Below the pieces are notes generated by a model. It was not told the DNA's origin, ran no database searches, and saw only the letters and a program-made list of their open reading frames with translations. A stretch of 64,000 nucleotides of DNA from Octopus bimaculoides (Eukaryota). Shown piece after piece: positions 26,130 to 39,329 of the stretch. The stretch lies in assembly GCF_001194135.2 (NCBI RefSeq), contig NC_068996.1:23711692-23775691 (forward strand), read 5' to 3'. A program made the position numbers and the translations under genes. The first letter of the stretch is position 1. Each line of letters starts with the position of its first letter.

Positions 26130-27345
26130 TTTTGAGGTCATTTGTATGAATTTAGAAACAAATGCATAGCTCATCAATGAACAGTTGTTATTGAAAACAA
26201 ACTGGCACAAGTAATCTTGAGAATCCTTTTATCTTACTTACTATTTATCCATTACCGTCAATGGATGTTTCAATATGGGGTCAGAAGTGTTGATATGTCC
26301 AAATCAGTTGATCTTTATCGATTTTGGACATATTGTTGGTTATAGCAAAATTTGAGAGATTGGATGGTATTATGAGGATGTTGATTGACCTCTTTCTTGA
26401 CTATGCCCCACATGTAAAAGATCAGTGGATTGAGGTCTGGCGAGGCCATGTGTCTGAGAGATTATGGAGATTGGCACACATCCATGCTTGGATTGTCCTA
26501 GCCTTATGAGACAGTGCAGTCTTGTTAGAAGACATATGGTCTTCTGTTGCATACTCTGTCTATCTGGGGCCTCACAACTTTCTCCAGCACCTTTTATTTA
26601 GCCAGTGGTATTGATTCTTAAGCTCTGCGTAAAAAGTGAGGAGGTATGACATTTTCCTTATCGCCGATGGTTACCAGAACCATCACAGTTGCTGGGAACT
26701 TAGTATGCATGACCATTGGAACCTCATTCAGGTCTCTGCATAGCCATCTGTTGTTCCCTTGATTTACTTATTGGTCTGGATCAAAGTTTTTTACATCAGA
26801 GAAAAATGAAAACATTACAGCCTCTTGGTATTTTAGCATGTTTAGTGAGCACTTAGCATGGATCAAACAATTCTGTCTTGTCACATCCGACATAGACTAA
26901 CCCATCTGTTTCACATATGATTTGTACCAGAGTTCCTCATACACAACTCTTCTGATGGTGCATTCTGAAACCTTGAGGTCCTTTGCATGGTTCTGATTGA
27001 CTTACTGTTTTTTTTTATCAATTGTTTCTTGGACTTTTTGTACAAAGTAATGTGTCCCGATGGTATTAGGCTCCCACGCATGCGTTTTGCATTTAGTTGC
27101 TGATGTTGGATCCCCATCAGCAGATTCTAGCTCCTTTCAAACTTTGATAATGAAAGATTGGGCAACTTTCAGGAAGTGAGCTCTCTTTTTATTGCTATAC
27201 TGTGCTTTTAAGGCAATGTTTACAGTGTGCCTTTTCATTTGCTGAGTCAACCTGATATCCAACGTTAATTTGAAAAGTAAGGTGAAAAAATCAAGTTAGA
27301 GCCTTTGAAAGAGGTGTCCTCAAAAGACCTGATGCATTCTGTATA
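26130..27345 (-). mobile_element. Degenerate maT/DD37D-like Tc1/mariner element
   Basis: Minus-strand broken reading: LKVSECTIRRVVYEEL...FSD.KNFD.DQ...NRWLC...TKFPATVMVL...RPYVF.QD...PDLNPL.FYMWGIV. Left boundary approximate. Confidence 0.8.
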
Positions 27346-27864
27346 ATAGCTTCAGATTTTGGCACAAGACCAGCAAGTGCAAGGGAAGGAGTAAATTGAT
27401 TACATTGCTCCTAGTACTCAACTGGTACTTCTTTTATTGACACCAAAAGGATGAAAAGCAAAGTTGAACTCAGAAATGCTGTTGAGCATTTCATCTGGCA
27501 TTCTAATGTTTCTACCAGTTCTTCACCTTAAACATTTCCTGCATAATATGTGTATGCATGTATTTCAATATTATAAAAACACACTGTGAGTTAAGAAAGA
27601 ATATATGCACATTTTTCTATACTATTGATAGACTGTTTCATGATTTGTTGACCATTCCTCAAACCATGAAATAATCTATGAGGAGATGCCTTCCCTCTTT
27701 CTTCTGTTCATTAGCAATATAGAAAGAATGTTTTTACATTCTTTCTATTGTTATATTTAACCCACAATAGGGCTATGTTGTATCTAAATATATTTCAGTT
27801 CTTTTGTCTGTCTGTCTGTCTTTCTCTCTCCCCATCCATCCATCTGTCCATCTATTTATGTTTC

Positions 27865-27910
<46 letters not shown>

Positions 27911-28199
27911 GAGAATTTACGAAAAAAACAACAGACGATGACAGGTGGTGTAAACAACAAAAGGATGTATTAGTTTGATGCTCGGGAATACAGAAAGTCT
28001 TTAATGTTTCGAGCTACACTCTTCAACAGAAAGAATACGGAGAAAACAAGGAGAAAAACATGGAGAAAAAAAACTGAACGGTCTTTACACAGGGTGCGAT
28101 AGGTAAATTAACAACAAACAAGATGAGGATCCGTCAATTGTAAATAATGTAAATAATGTTCATAATTTTTCATCTCTTAAATATAGAACTGTGCTTCCA

Positions 28200-29005
28200 T
28201 TTTACATTTTTAATTTTGCACATGTACATTGTTTTTGATTTTGTCATCTACACAGTATAGTAGGGTCAGTTGGCCACCATCTGTGAGAAAAACAGCATTC
28301 TGATGCAATTCACTCTGTCGTAAATTTGGAAATGACATGCTGAACTGCTTGGCATTCATGTCGGAAGCTCCAATACAAACATTTCAGAAGCTTTGGATGT
28401 CAATCTGAGGATGTACTGAGAATAATAAAAATCAAATATCCAACATTATGATGTTTGGAGTGATCACTAGTGATCACTAGTGATGGCGATGTTATGCCTC
28501 TGTTCATCTTCCCACATGGCCTCAGACTCACCATAGAGGCCTACATCAAATGCCTGGAGGAGGTAGTGCTGCCCTGGGTCAAGAGGGTGGCTGCTGGAAG
28601 ACCCTATGTCTGGCAACAGGACTCTACACCATGCCAGACAATTTCTGCAACCACATTGCCTTAACATCTGGCCACCCAACTCCCCAGATTGCAATCCCCT
28701 TGATTATGTGTGGGCACAGTTAAGCGGGAGACCAACAAAACTCCTTGCAACACCAATGATGAACTGAAGACAAGGATTATGGCAACATTCAACAACTTAA
28801 ACAAGGAGACCATCCAGAAGAGTTGCAGAAGGTTCTGAAGTCATCTGAAGGCCGTGGTTGAAGCCAATGGCGATTTTATAGAATAAATTTACTCTTTAGT
28901 ATTTCAAGATATTTTCATGTAATTTTGGTAAATATATCTGTTAAAACAAGATGTCAGTGTTACTTTCATTCTGGTGTAATTTAGACAACAGTTTATTCAC
29001 TGCAC

Positions 29006-29009
<4 letters not shown>
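28200..29009 (+). mobile_element. Second degenerate maT/DD37D-like element, partial
   Basis: ORF 28470..28664 (SDGDVMPLFIFPHGLR...GRPYVWQQDSTP) followed by WPPNSPDCNPLDY; ends in ...TGCACCCTG. Confidence 0.8.
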
Positions 29010-29076
<67 letters not shown>

Positions 29077-29300
29077 TTCTCTCTCTTTCCCTCTCTCTCT
29101 CTCTACATATATATACATATATAATTATTAATTATAATTGAGGGTACATGAAGTACCAGAGTTGCTAGAAATAAGAGTCAGAAACTACTCAAATAAGCCA
29201 CCATTTCATTGAAAATACAACAGATTAACAAAAATTGAGGGACGAGCAAAATTTAACTTACCATTGCAGCTGAAAGTCACAAATGAGGATCACAGATATC

Positions 29301-29355
29301 CCTATATCATGTGATTTCGAACTTTGAGATATTTCCCTTAGTTCTCATCAGTAGG
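29301..29355 (-). ncRNA. Type I hammerhead ribozyme motif, core intact
   Basis: Minus strand reads CCUA-CUGAUGA-GAACU(16 nt)AGUUC-GAAA-UCA-CA-UGA-UA^UAGG. All core residues are present, stem II is 5 bp with G10.1-C11.1, stem III is short, stem I is 4 bp, and the cleavage triplet is AUA. Confidence 0.8.
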
Positions 29356-29566
29356 TCTTGTTGTTAACCAGGGGTTAAATTTATGCTTGTTTCATCATAC
29401 CTCTCAAAATTGTTGAAAGACCAGAGCCAAATTCAAACGATATCAGTGTATAATTATACATAAATGAATAAAGATACTATTATTATTATTAATAAATAAT
29501 AACAATAATAATATGTGACCAGCAAGCATTAATTATAAATTTATAAATTTGCCTTTTTGGCTTTAA

Positions 29567-30450
29567 TGGGAGCTCCTCTATGCTGATGATCTTGCTCTTA
29601 TAGCTGAATCACTAACAGAACTAGAGAAAAAAATTCCAGACATGGAAGCAAGGTCTAGAATCAAAGGGCCTTAGAGTTAAACTAGCAAAAACCAAAGTCT
29701 TAGTAAGTAGGAAGGCTGACAAATCACAAATCCCTGCACGTAAATGGCATTGCTCGATATATAGAAAAGGCATAGGTAGAAACTCCATAAGATGCACCCA
29801 GTGTAAGCTTTGGGCGTATAAAAGATGCAGCAATATAAGAGGAAGGTCAACAGGGAAACTAGCTTTTGTGTGTGGAAGGTGCACAGGTTCAATAAACACT
29901 GAAAATGTGCAGAAAATAGACTCCATTAACTGCCAGGGGGTTTCTGTTATCTAGGTGACCAAGTAAGTAGTGGAAGTGGATACTCCGAGAGCGTAGCTGT
30001 GGGAATAAGATTAGGCTGGACAATGTTCAGAGAGCTTGTACCCCTGTTGGCAACAAAGGGCTGCTCTCTCAGAGTGAAAGATTGTTTGATGCTTGTGTGC
30101 GAACAGCTATGCTGCATGGCAGCGAAACATGGGCTGTGTCAGCTGAACACATGTGTAGGCTTGAAATAAATGAAGCCAGTATGCTTCACTGGATGGGCAA
30201 TATCAGTGTACATGTTCGACAGAGTGTAAGCATCTTGAGAGAAAAGTTAGGCATAAGAGGCATCAGATGTGGTGTGCAAGAGGATGACTGTACTGGTATG
30301 GTCATGTGATGCATGTGAATGAGGACAGCCGAGTAAAGAAGTGTCAATCTCTAACTGTGTAGGGAACCTATGATAGAGGTAGACCCAGGAAGACATTGGA
30401 TGAGGTAGTGAAGCATGATCTTCATAGAGGCAATGACTAGTGACCGAGAC
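29567..30450 (+). mobile_element. RTE-clade LINE, 5'-truncated and degenerate
   Basis: WELLYADDLALIAESLTELEKKFQTWKQGLESKGLRV (YADD) and ORF 30082..30309 (CVRTAMLHGSETWA). Confidence 0.9.
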
Positions 30451-32049
30451 CCTTGGCGACATTCCTCCCCCATTTTCTAGCCTTTCTACCATCATTGCTA
30501 TCTATCATATTCCTCTCCTTGGTCTTCACACCTTAGATTATTAGTACTCCTTATGTGTACTGAGTACAAGACAGCCCACTTGTACCGCAACAGAACCTGT
30601 CACACTCCTTCTACAGGTGATTGGGGAGGAAGGTTACCTTCCTAGTGATGGTGCCTCAGAAAATATCCTCAGTACATAATGTAAAGTGGTCAGCAAATGA
30701 TCAGAAACAGAACTGGGTAGTGAGGTCAATTTAGTCCTGTTTTGTCAAGAGCTATTTAGCCTCTCTGGACACACGAGAAAGTGCATCCAGTACACACAGT
30801 AAAGTGGTTGGCAAATGATTAGAGAAAGTGTTGGGTAGTGAGGCTCATTCAATTCTACCACAAAGAAATTCACCCAGAATACTCTATAAAGTGGTTGTGG
30901 ATAGGAAGGGCTTGACAGTACCCATCTTCAGAACCAACAGCTCCCAGTAAAGAATACTGGGACCGTAAATCCATTCCAATCCATACTTGCATGGAATCCA
31001 GTCCACGTCAGCAAGGAAAACTAATGTAAAATGAGGATGATGATGATGACCATTATAGACTTGCATGCATGGTGTGTGTGTCTGCATTTGTGTTCATGCA
31101 TGTATATGTGTGTGCACAAGCACATGTATATGTGGCAGCTTCCACATAATTTATATCTATCGTAATTCCATCCAGAAGGCATTAGCCAACTCAGAACTAT
31201 AGTAGAAGATGCTTGTCCAAGCTGCAATGTAGTGGATTGAACCCTGATGTCTGTGGGTATGCAGTGAACTTCTTAACCACACAGCTATGCCTGTACTGCA
31301 TCATTGATGCTTGTTTAGGTCAGATGGAAATGAGGCAGATTTATCTATGGCCAGATGCTCTTTGTGTCATCAATCCTCACCTGGCAGTATTTCCTCGTGA
31401 TTGCATTATTTTAATGAAAGACTGGAAAAAAAATGACACCACTCACATGAGGGTGTCACTTGTTTACAACAATCATGTGATGTCAAGACGAAGAGGCACA
31501 AAGGAACACACACACACACACATACATGCTCAAAAACACATGCACAAATGCACACACACACATGCATACATGTACACACATGCATACATGTACACACACA
31601 TGCACACATATACCTACATATATGTGCATGGTAGGCTTCTTTTAGTTTCCATCTACCAAATCTACTCACAAGGCTTTAGTTGACCTACGGCTATAGTAGA
31701 AAAAACACTTAACCAAAATACCATGACGTGGGACTGAACCTGAATCCACATAGTTGGGTTTAGTCCCACTGTGTGGCACCTTCTTTACCATGCAGCCATG
31801 CATGCACTTTGTATATATGCTTATATACACACACATGTACATATTTGTGTATGTATGTACATATATACCTATACACATAGATATGTATGTGATTCCAATA
31901 AAAATACAAAACAAACTAGAGAAAGAGAAAATATGTTAAATAATTGTTTAATTTCTATAATTAGTCCTCCTCCCCTCCCCCTCCTCCTCCCCCTCCTCCC
32001 AATCTTCTCCTCCTCCTCACTTGTTGAAGAAGTAATAGTAATGGTGGTG

Positions 32050-32652
32050 NNNNNNNNNNNNNNNNNNNNNNNNNNNNNNNNNNNNNNNNNNNNNNNNNNN
32101 NNNNNNNNNNNNNNNNNNNNNNNNNNNNNNNNNNNNNNNNNNNNNNNNNNNNNNNNNNNNNNNNNNNNNNNNNNNNNNNNNNNNNNNNNNNNNNNNNNNN
32201 NNNNNNNNNNNNNNNNNNNNNNNNNNNNNNNNNNNNNNNNNNNNNNNNNNNNNNNNNNNNNNNNNNNNNNNNNNNNNNNNNNNNNNNNNNNNNNNNNNNN
32301 NNNNNNNNNNNNNNNNNNNNNNNNNNNNNNNNNNNNNNNNNNNNNNNNNNNNNNNNNNNNNNNNNNNNNNNNNNNNNNNNNNNNNNNNNNNNNNNNNNNN
32401 NNNNNNNNNNNNNNNNNNNNNNNNNNNNNNNNNNNNNNNNNNNNNNNNNNNNNNNNNNNNNNNNNNNNNNNNNNNNNNNNNNNNNNNNNNNNNNNNNNNN
32501 NNNNNNNNNNNNNNNNNNNNNNNNNNNNNNNNNNNNNNNNNNNNNNNNNNNNNNNNNNNNNNNNNNNNNNNNNNNNNNNNNNNNNNNNNNNNNNNNNNNN
32601 NNNNNNNNNNNNNNNNNNNNNNNNNNNNNNNNNNNNNNNNNNNNNNNNNNNN
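32050..32652. other. Assembly gap; other gaps at 566-798, 4106-4115, 17902-18780, 22381-22875 and 39924-40455
   Basis: Runs of N. Confidence 0.99.
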
Positions 32653-33544
32653 CAACTATTTTACAGAATAAAAAACACCATTTGAGCGTAAAAAGCACCA
32701 TTTGAACGTGATCATTACCAGTGTCGCCTTACTGGCATGTGAAAAAACATTCAAGCAAGGTCGTTGCCAGTGCCACTGGACTGGCTTCTGTGCAGGTAGC
32801 ACGTAAAAAAACACCATTTGAGTGTGGCCATTGCCAGTACCGCCTGACTGGCCTTCGTGCCCATGGCATGTAAAAGCACCCACTACACTCTCTGAGTGGT
32901 TGGCGTTAGGAAGGGCATCCAGCTGTAGAAACTCTGCCAAATCAGATTGGAGCCTGGTGCAGCTATTTGGTTTCACCAGTCCTCAGTCAAATCGTCCAAC
33001 CCATGCTAGCATGGAAAACAGACGTTAAATGATGATGATGATGATAAACCAGGTGCTTTTCTTGTGGCACCAACAGCAGTGAAGTTACCAAGTAACTTGA
33101 AAGGCAAGACCACACTCAACTGAGGGAGGGAGTAGTAATGAGGGAGATGGCTTTGTTCCAAATGAGATGAGTAGAGGGACAGAAATAGATGTATTTAGTT
33201 ATGTGCCTTAAAGACTTGAGTCCAAGTCTCATCAAGGTTGACTTTGGCTCCTTGGCTTTTAATCCTTCTGAAGTTGATAACAGACAATTAAGTACCAGTC
33301 AAATAAAACAGAGGTGGTTTTAATTAGTAATGTTTATAATAATGTCTTGGGTGCAGGTATGGCTATGTGGTTAGATATTTGCTTCCCAGACACATATTTC
33401 CAGGTTCACTTCCCTTGTGTGGCACCTTAGGCAAGTGTCTTCTACTATAGCCATGGGCTGACCAGAGCCTTGTGAGTGGATTTGGCAAATGGGAACTGAA
33501 AGAAGCCTGTTATATGTGTATGTGTTAAAAATTTTGTGTTAAAC

Positions 33545-33765
33545 ATGAGAATTCTTCTACAGAGACATTGAGCATGCTTCGGCAAGCTTACAATAAGGCA
33601 ATGGGTCGTATGCAATATTTTGAGTGGCATGGGCGCTTAAAAAACAAAAGAATGCCCCTTGAAGATGATGAACAATCTAAAAGACCCTTTGGAAATGTGG
33701 AGAAAATTCATCAGGTTGTGATTGAGGATCGTCAGAGGACTATCAATGACATTTTGAAGCATTTG
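33545..33765 (+). mobile_element. Mariner fragment (HTH region)
   Basis: ORF 33568..33789 (MLRQAY...FEWHGRLK...LEDDEQS..EKIHQVVIEDRQRTIND) is homologous to the inverted copy at 34567-35432. Confidence 0.8.
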
Positions 33766-34566
33766 AGGAAGAACATTTGGCAAAAGTAACTGGATCTGTG
33801 GAGTGTGAAGAATTGGATTTTTCATGGCATGTGTGTGTGTGTGTTTGTCTTCCACCATCACTTGAAAACTGGTATTGATGGTGTTTATGTCTCTGTAACC
33901 TGGCGGTTTGGCAAAAGAGACTGATAGGATGTGTACCAGGCTGGAGCCACAGAGACAAGTAAAATATAGAAAAAAAATAGATGTTTATAAAAGTGTTTTA
34001 AATTTTATTTCATTCTTATTTTGTTCTTTTACTTGTTTTAAGTCTGTTAGCTTTTCCATTGGCCTCTATCTTTTTTGCTGGACCTCTAAGCTCTGGGGAT
34101 GTAAATAAACTAATACCAATTATCAAGAAGGTGTAGCTGTGTGTTAGAGGAGTTTGCTTCCAAACTACTTGGTCTTGGGTTCAATCCCACTGCATGGCAC
34201 TTTGGGCAAGTGTCTTATGATTGAATTTGGTAGATGGAAACTGAAAGTGCATATATGAGAATATATATGAGTGTGTATGTGTGAGTGTGTGTGTATGTGT
34301 GTTACTGTCTCCTTGCCTTAATTTTACGTAATAGTTGCAAATGAGCATCAGTTATGTGAGCAGTGTTCTTCATTCCCAGTCTTTTGTGAAAACATATCTG
34401 ATGATTGGAATACTACCTTACTTGAAAACAGGTGAGGGTTAGTGACAGGGAGGGCATCCAGATGCATTCAGACAGCAAATTCTGTCTGACCCATGCAAGC
34501 ATGGTAAGATTAGTCCACAACACTTTGTAAGGAGTACAGAGCCAGTTTCCCAGTTTCTCAGGTGTA

Positions 34567-35432
34567 TGAGGTGGTATCAAAAGTTTCCTGAACTAGTTAT
34601 GTTTAATAAAAAATTACTTACCTATGTTTTAACATCATCATCTTGAAAATAGTCACATTGCACAGCAATATACTGGTCCCAGTATTCCTGCCACTTTTGG
34701 AATCTGGCCTGGGAGTTGTTTTCTGTGAATGAGTTGAGGACCTTTTGCAATTTGCTCTTGAGCTCAACAATGGTGTTAAAACATCGACCTTTGAGTTGCA
34801 TTTTCATCAGGTGCTAAATCTGGTGAATAGGATGAGTACAGAAGTGACACCATGTTGTTTTGGGGGAGAAACGCACAAGTGAGGAGAGCTTACTGACAGG
34901 GTGCATTGTCGTTGTGAAGAACCCAGATGTTAGGATTACCTGCATGGACCCATATGACAAACCAATATCAGCAATGTCATTGATTGTCCTCCAACGATCC
35001 TCATGCACAAGCAGATGAACTTTCTCCACATTTCCAGGTGTGATGCTTGAGACAGGTCTTCCAGATTGTTCATTGTCTTCCAGAGATGTTCTTCTGCTTT
35101 TCAAGTCTCCATGCCACTCAAATCTTGCATACAATCCATTACCTCATCGCTGTAAGCTTGCTGAAGCATGCTCAATGTCTTTGTAGCAGACTTCCCAAGT
35201 TTAACACAAAATTTCATGTTGGCTCTTTATTTCTGTCTATGACAAAATTGCAGACTATAACATATACATGATCACAAAAACACAAATTTCACAACTTGCA
35301 AAGTAAACACCACAATGTCACTCGGTACACTGCCCCATGAAGGTCACTGCTAGCTCTCACTGTGCACACAAACATGTGCTGCCATCTGTTGGTGCTCTAC
35401 AGAACTAGTCTGGGAACTTTTTGATACCTCCT
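34567..35432 (-). mobile_element. Internally deleted mariner element, same family as 19835-20435
   Basis: TIRs TGAGGTGGTATCAAAAGTTTCCTGAACTAGT / ACTAGTCTGGGAACTTTTTGATACCTCCT with TA flanks; ORFs 34814..35134 and 34622..34807 are mariner transposase pieces. Confidence 0.9.
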
Positions 35433-35821
35433 TAGACAAGATGCTGTCTTTGTGAGTGATTGCAAGGGCTCTTGTTAAAGCTGCTCAATATTAAGCAGAG
35501 CATAGTATGATGATGTTTTAGTCTGAACAATACAGACAAATATATCCTTTTATAAGACTGTAGGACACAGTTTAAAAATTTGGTACTATTTTCACCAGGT
35601 CGGCTGCCCCTCATAGAAATTTCCTCATTGTCTGAAATCCATGAAGTCAATGAAACAGGTGAAAATATAAATGAATATACGTCCTAATATTACTTTTAGA
35701 ACAATTGTTTTTCCCCTGTAATTTTATATAAATTTAGCTAATTGACCACAGCAGTTTGTTTTCTTATGACATCATTGTTATATTCCTAATTCTTCCTTGC
35801 CATCTTTCTCTATCTTTCTAG

Positions 35822-35929
35822 GTTTTGACTCTAGCAGGACTATTTTCAGGTCTCACTGAAGCTGTTATTATCAATCCCTTTGAAGTGGTCAAAGTTAAAT
35901 TACAGGCTGAAAGGGACAACATAAAGGGG
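35822..35929 (+). CDS. SLC25A21: SLC25A21 internal coding exon (VLTLAGLFSGLTEAVIINPFEVVKVKLQAERDNIKG)
   Basis: AG at 35820-1, donor GTAAGT at 35930; 108 nt, phase 0/0. Second signature PFEVVKVK. Overlaps ORF 35825..36046. Confidence 0.95.
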
Positions 35930-38467
35930 GTAAGTAAGTGTATATATGATAATCATCACTATCGTTATCATCATCATCATCATCATCAACATCCATTTTC
36001 CATACTGGCATGGGTTGGGCTGTTCAACTGGAGCTGCATGAATTAGAGGACTGCATCAAGCTCCAGTGTCAGCTCTTGTATGGTTACTATGGGTGGATGC
36101 CTTTCCGAATGCCAACCACTTTACAAAGTATACTGGGTGCTTTTTACAGGGCACCAACACTAGTGAGATCACCAAGTAACTTGCAAGACAAACCCCCTTC
36201 ACAGTGTGGTGGTTGTGGTGCAGTATTGAGGGCAGTGGCTTTGTGCCAAGTGATGAGATGTTAACATATGAAAGAGAAACAGGAACAAATACAGGAGATG
36301 TATGGTTACCCCAGTTGAAAGGGAAGGATGATGGCAGTGAAGATATGTTAGAGCATATCTTCCATGTGGAAGAAGGTTGAATAATTTATTTAGTTGTGTG
36401 TACATCAGCAAATAATAGGAACACTAAAGTGCCATGTTGAATAGTTAGTTTTGTCTTTCTGTGTTCTATTTCCAAAGCCTACAAGAGCGACAGCTTTGTT
36501 ATTAATCCAGCTGGAGTTAATGCTGTAACTACCAGTTATATATTGGAGTCAATTTCAAAAGAACAGCAACTGCATTGATCACACATTCAAGATGAACACC
36601 ACCTACATGACTTCAATGGTTGTAGTTACTTGATTTGTTAGGAATGGCAGCCAAGTCTCCTTGGTTGAATCACAACCAACTGTTTTAATTAAACAGAACA
36701 CGTTGACAGTGAAGTTCATGATTTACTAAAAGACCAGATGATCATGACTGGAGTGCTTTTGATCAAGGTTGACCTGGAGATACACAGCAACAGTGTCAAC
36801 CACACTGAATGTTTTTCTGGTCTGTCAGGACCTTCAGAAGTCATAGACCATAATCTGTTACCTTTCCCAAGTTACTATCATTCTTGAAGAATATATGGCG
36901 TTGCAGGTAGAGTCTAGTGGAAATGTGGCATTGTGGTCTGGTGCATAGGTAGAAAGGCAGGTTTGAGCCAATGAGATAAAGTAGCGGAGTACTAAGGTGA
37001 AAATGTAACCTTGTGTTCAGGTGACATTGTAGTATTGTACCATTGTATCAATGTGATCTACTACTTTAGTAAGGTAGTTTTGTGCCAATATGTAAATGTG
37101 GTTCTATGATAATGTATCAATATGATCTTGTGTCAATATGGCACAATGCAAAATTAAATACAGATAATCTGTTATAACAGGAGATAAATTAATTGAGTAA
37201 TGATTATTTCCGATATATTTTGAGTGTTAAATTTATTATAAATTCTTTGTGTATTCACAAATAAACAAAGACATGATTGTATGGTAAAGAAGTTCACTTT
37301 GTCATAACATGTTTCTGGCTTCAGTTCCACTGTGTAGCACCTGGCCAATGCCTTGGATCAACCAAAGTGGTTTAACATTAGGTAGACAGAAACTGTATCT
37401 GCCAAATTCCCATGTATGGGATTGTTCTTCTTACCTAGTCCTATATCTTTTACTTGTTTCAGTCATTAGATTGTGGCCATGCTGGGGCACCACCTTGAAA
37501 AATTTTTAGTTGAAACAAAGCACCCCCAGTACTTCTCTTTTTTAAGGCACCCCCAGTCTCTTTTTTTAAAGCCTGGTACTTATTCTGTTCTCTTATGCTG
37601 AACTGCTAAGTCATCGGGGACGTAAACACCCCAACACTGGTTGTCAAGCAGTGGTGGGGGACAAACACTGGTACACGCACACACACATACATACACACAG
37701 TTTCCATCTGCTAAATCCACTCTCAAGGCTTTGGTTGGCCTGAGGCTTGAGTAGAAGACACTTGCCTAAGGTTCCATGCAGTGGAACTGAACCCAGAATC
37801 ATGTGATTGAGAAGCAAGCTTCTTATCACACAGCCATGTCTGTGCCTATTGTTTACATTTTCTCTCTGAAATCTGCCGTTTTTATGCTTACCTTCACAAA
37901 TATCCTGCCTTTGCTTTAATTAATTTTTCGAGTAATGAAGAATTTAGTAAAAAAAAAAAACTGCATCATTATTAAGCTGGTGCTTGGGACAAATCCACAT
38001 GAAATTTTGATGGAAGGTTTTAATTTAGATCACTTTGACCCTTTTCTGTTGTAATACACTACTTTTGTTTCAATTAATTTTGAAAATAACGAAGAATTTA
38101 GCAAAATAAATTGTTAAGGTGGTATTTGGAACATAAATAAACATGAAATTTTGATGGAAGGTTTTAATTTCAATCACATTAAAACAGGATGTGTGTGTCA
38201 TAGAAGCAGGAATAGCATCAGGTGGGTTGATATCAAAAGGGTTAACATTAACCTTCAGGCAGTATCAGTGCAACACAGTGAGTGTGTGACAAGGCTGACA
38301 CTTTGAGAAACAGGTACAATCTATTTGATGAACTTGTGACATAGTTTCTGTCTACTTACTATTGCTTACAAGAGATAGGTTAATCCAAGGATAATGATAC
38401 TTTTCTAAGATGTCAAGTAATGGAATTGAACCCGGAAACTCATGACTGTGAAGCATATATGCATGTA

Positions 38468-38499
<32 letters not shown>

Positions 38500-39329
38500 A
38501 GACTATAGTAGAAGACTGCACCTGGAACCATGCTGTTGGGAAGCAAGCTTCTTACCACACAACCACACCCCATTAAATATATATATATAGGCCACCAGCT
38601 ATTAGGGTCTGAGAGATACTGTACTGTTGAGTGCTTTATGGATGTGAAACCCAGCTAACCCCATAGACCAACCATAACTATCTTTATCTAAATACTCTAC
38701 TGCTCTGTAACTTAGAGTGTGCTTCTCTTTTGGATTTATGGTTTACTGATGATATATATATATATACACACATATGACAGACTTCTTTCAGTTTCTGTCT
38801 ACCACATCCACTCACAAGGCTCTGGTTGACCTGAGGCTATAGTAGAAGGCACTTACTGAAGATGCCACACATGATTGGGAAGCAAGCTTCTTACCTCACA
38901 GCCACGTCTGCGCCTACATTATATATTTTAGACAATAAAATCTTAACCTTTCTAAACACTCTGTGACTCTCCTGACCCCTATAGCATCATCATGACATTT
39001 ACCACCTTGTGAATGTACTTCCCACCACCACCACCACTAGGGGGTTTTACTACTCAGCTGGAAATCCTGATTTATCTGGTAATAATTGCTTTAACCTGGG
39101 TTACTTTAACATTGGTGTAAACTGGCTGTCATTATGTGTTGCTCTATAATGATAGCTCTTCCTTTCACATCACATCAACCACCACCATTATCACCAACAC
39201 TATCACCACTACCACTAGCACCACCACAACAACAACAGCAATAACAGCTACTGCTACAAACTTTTTACAATGGAACGAGCAAACAGCAGTTTTACAATAA
39301 TTAACTTTTAAAGCTTTACTCCATTGAAT

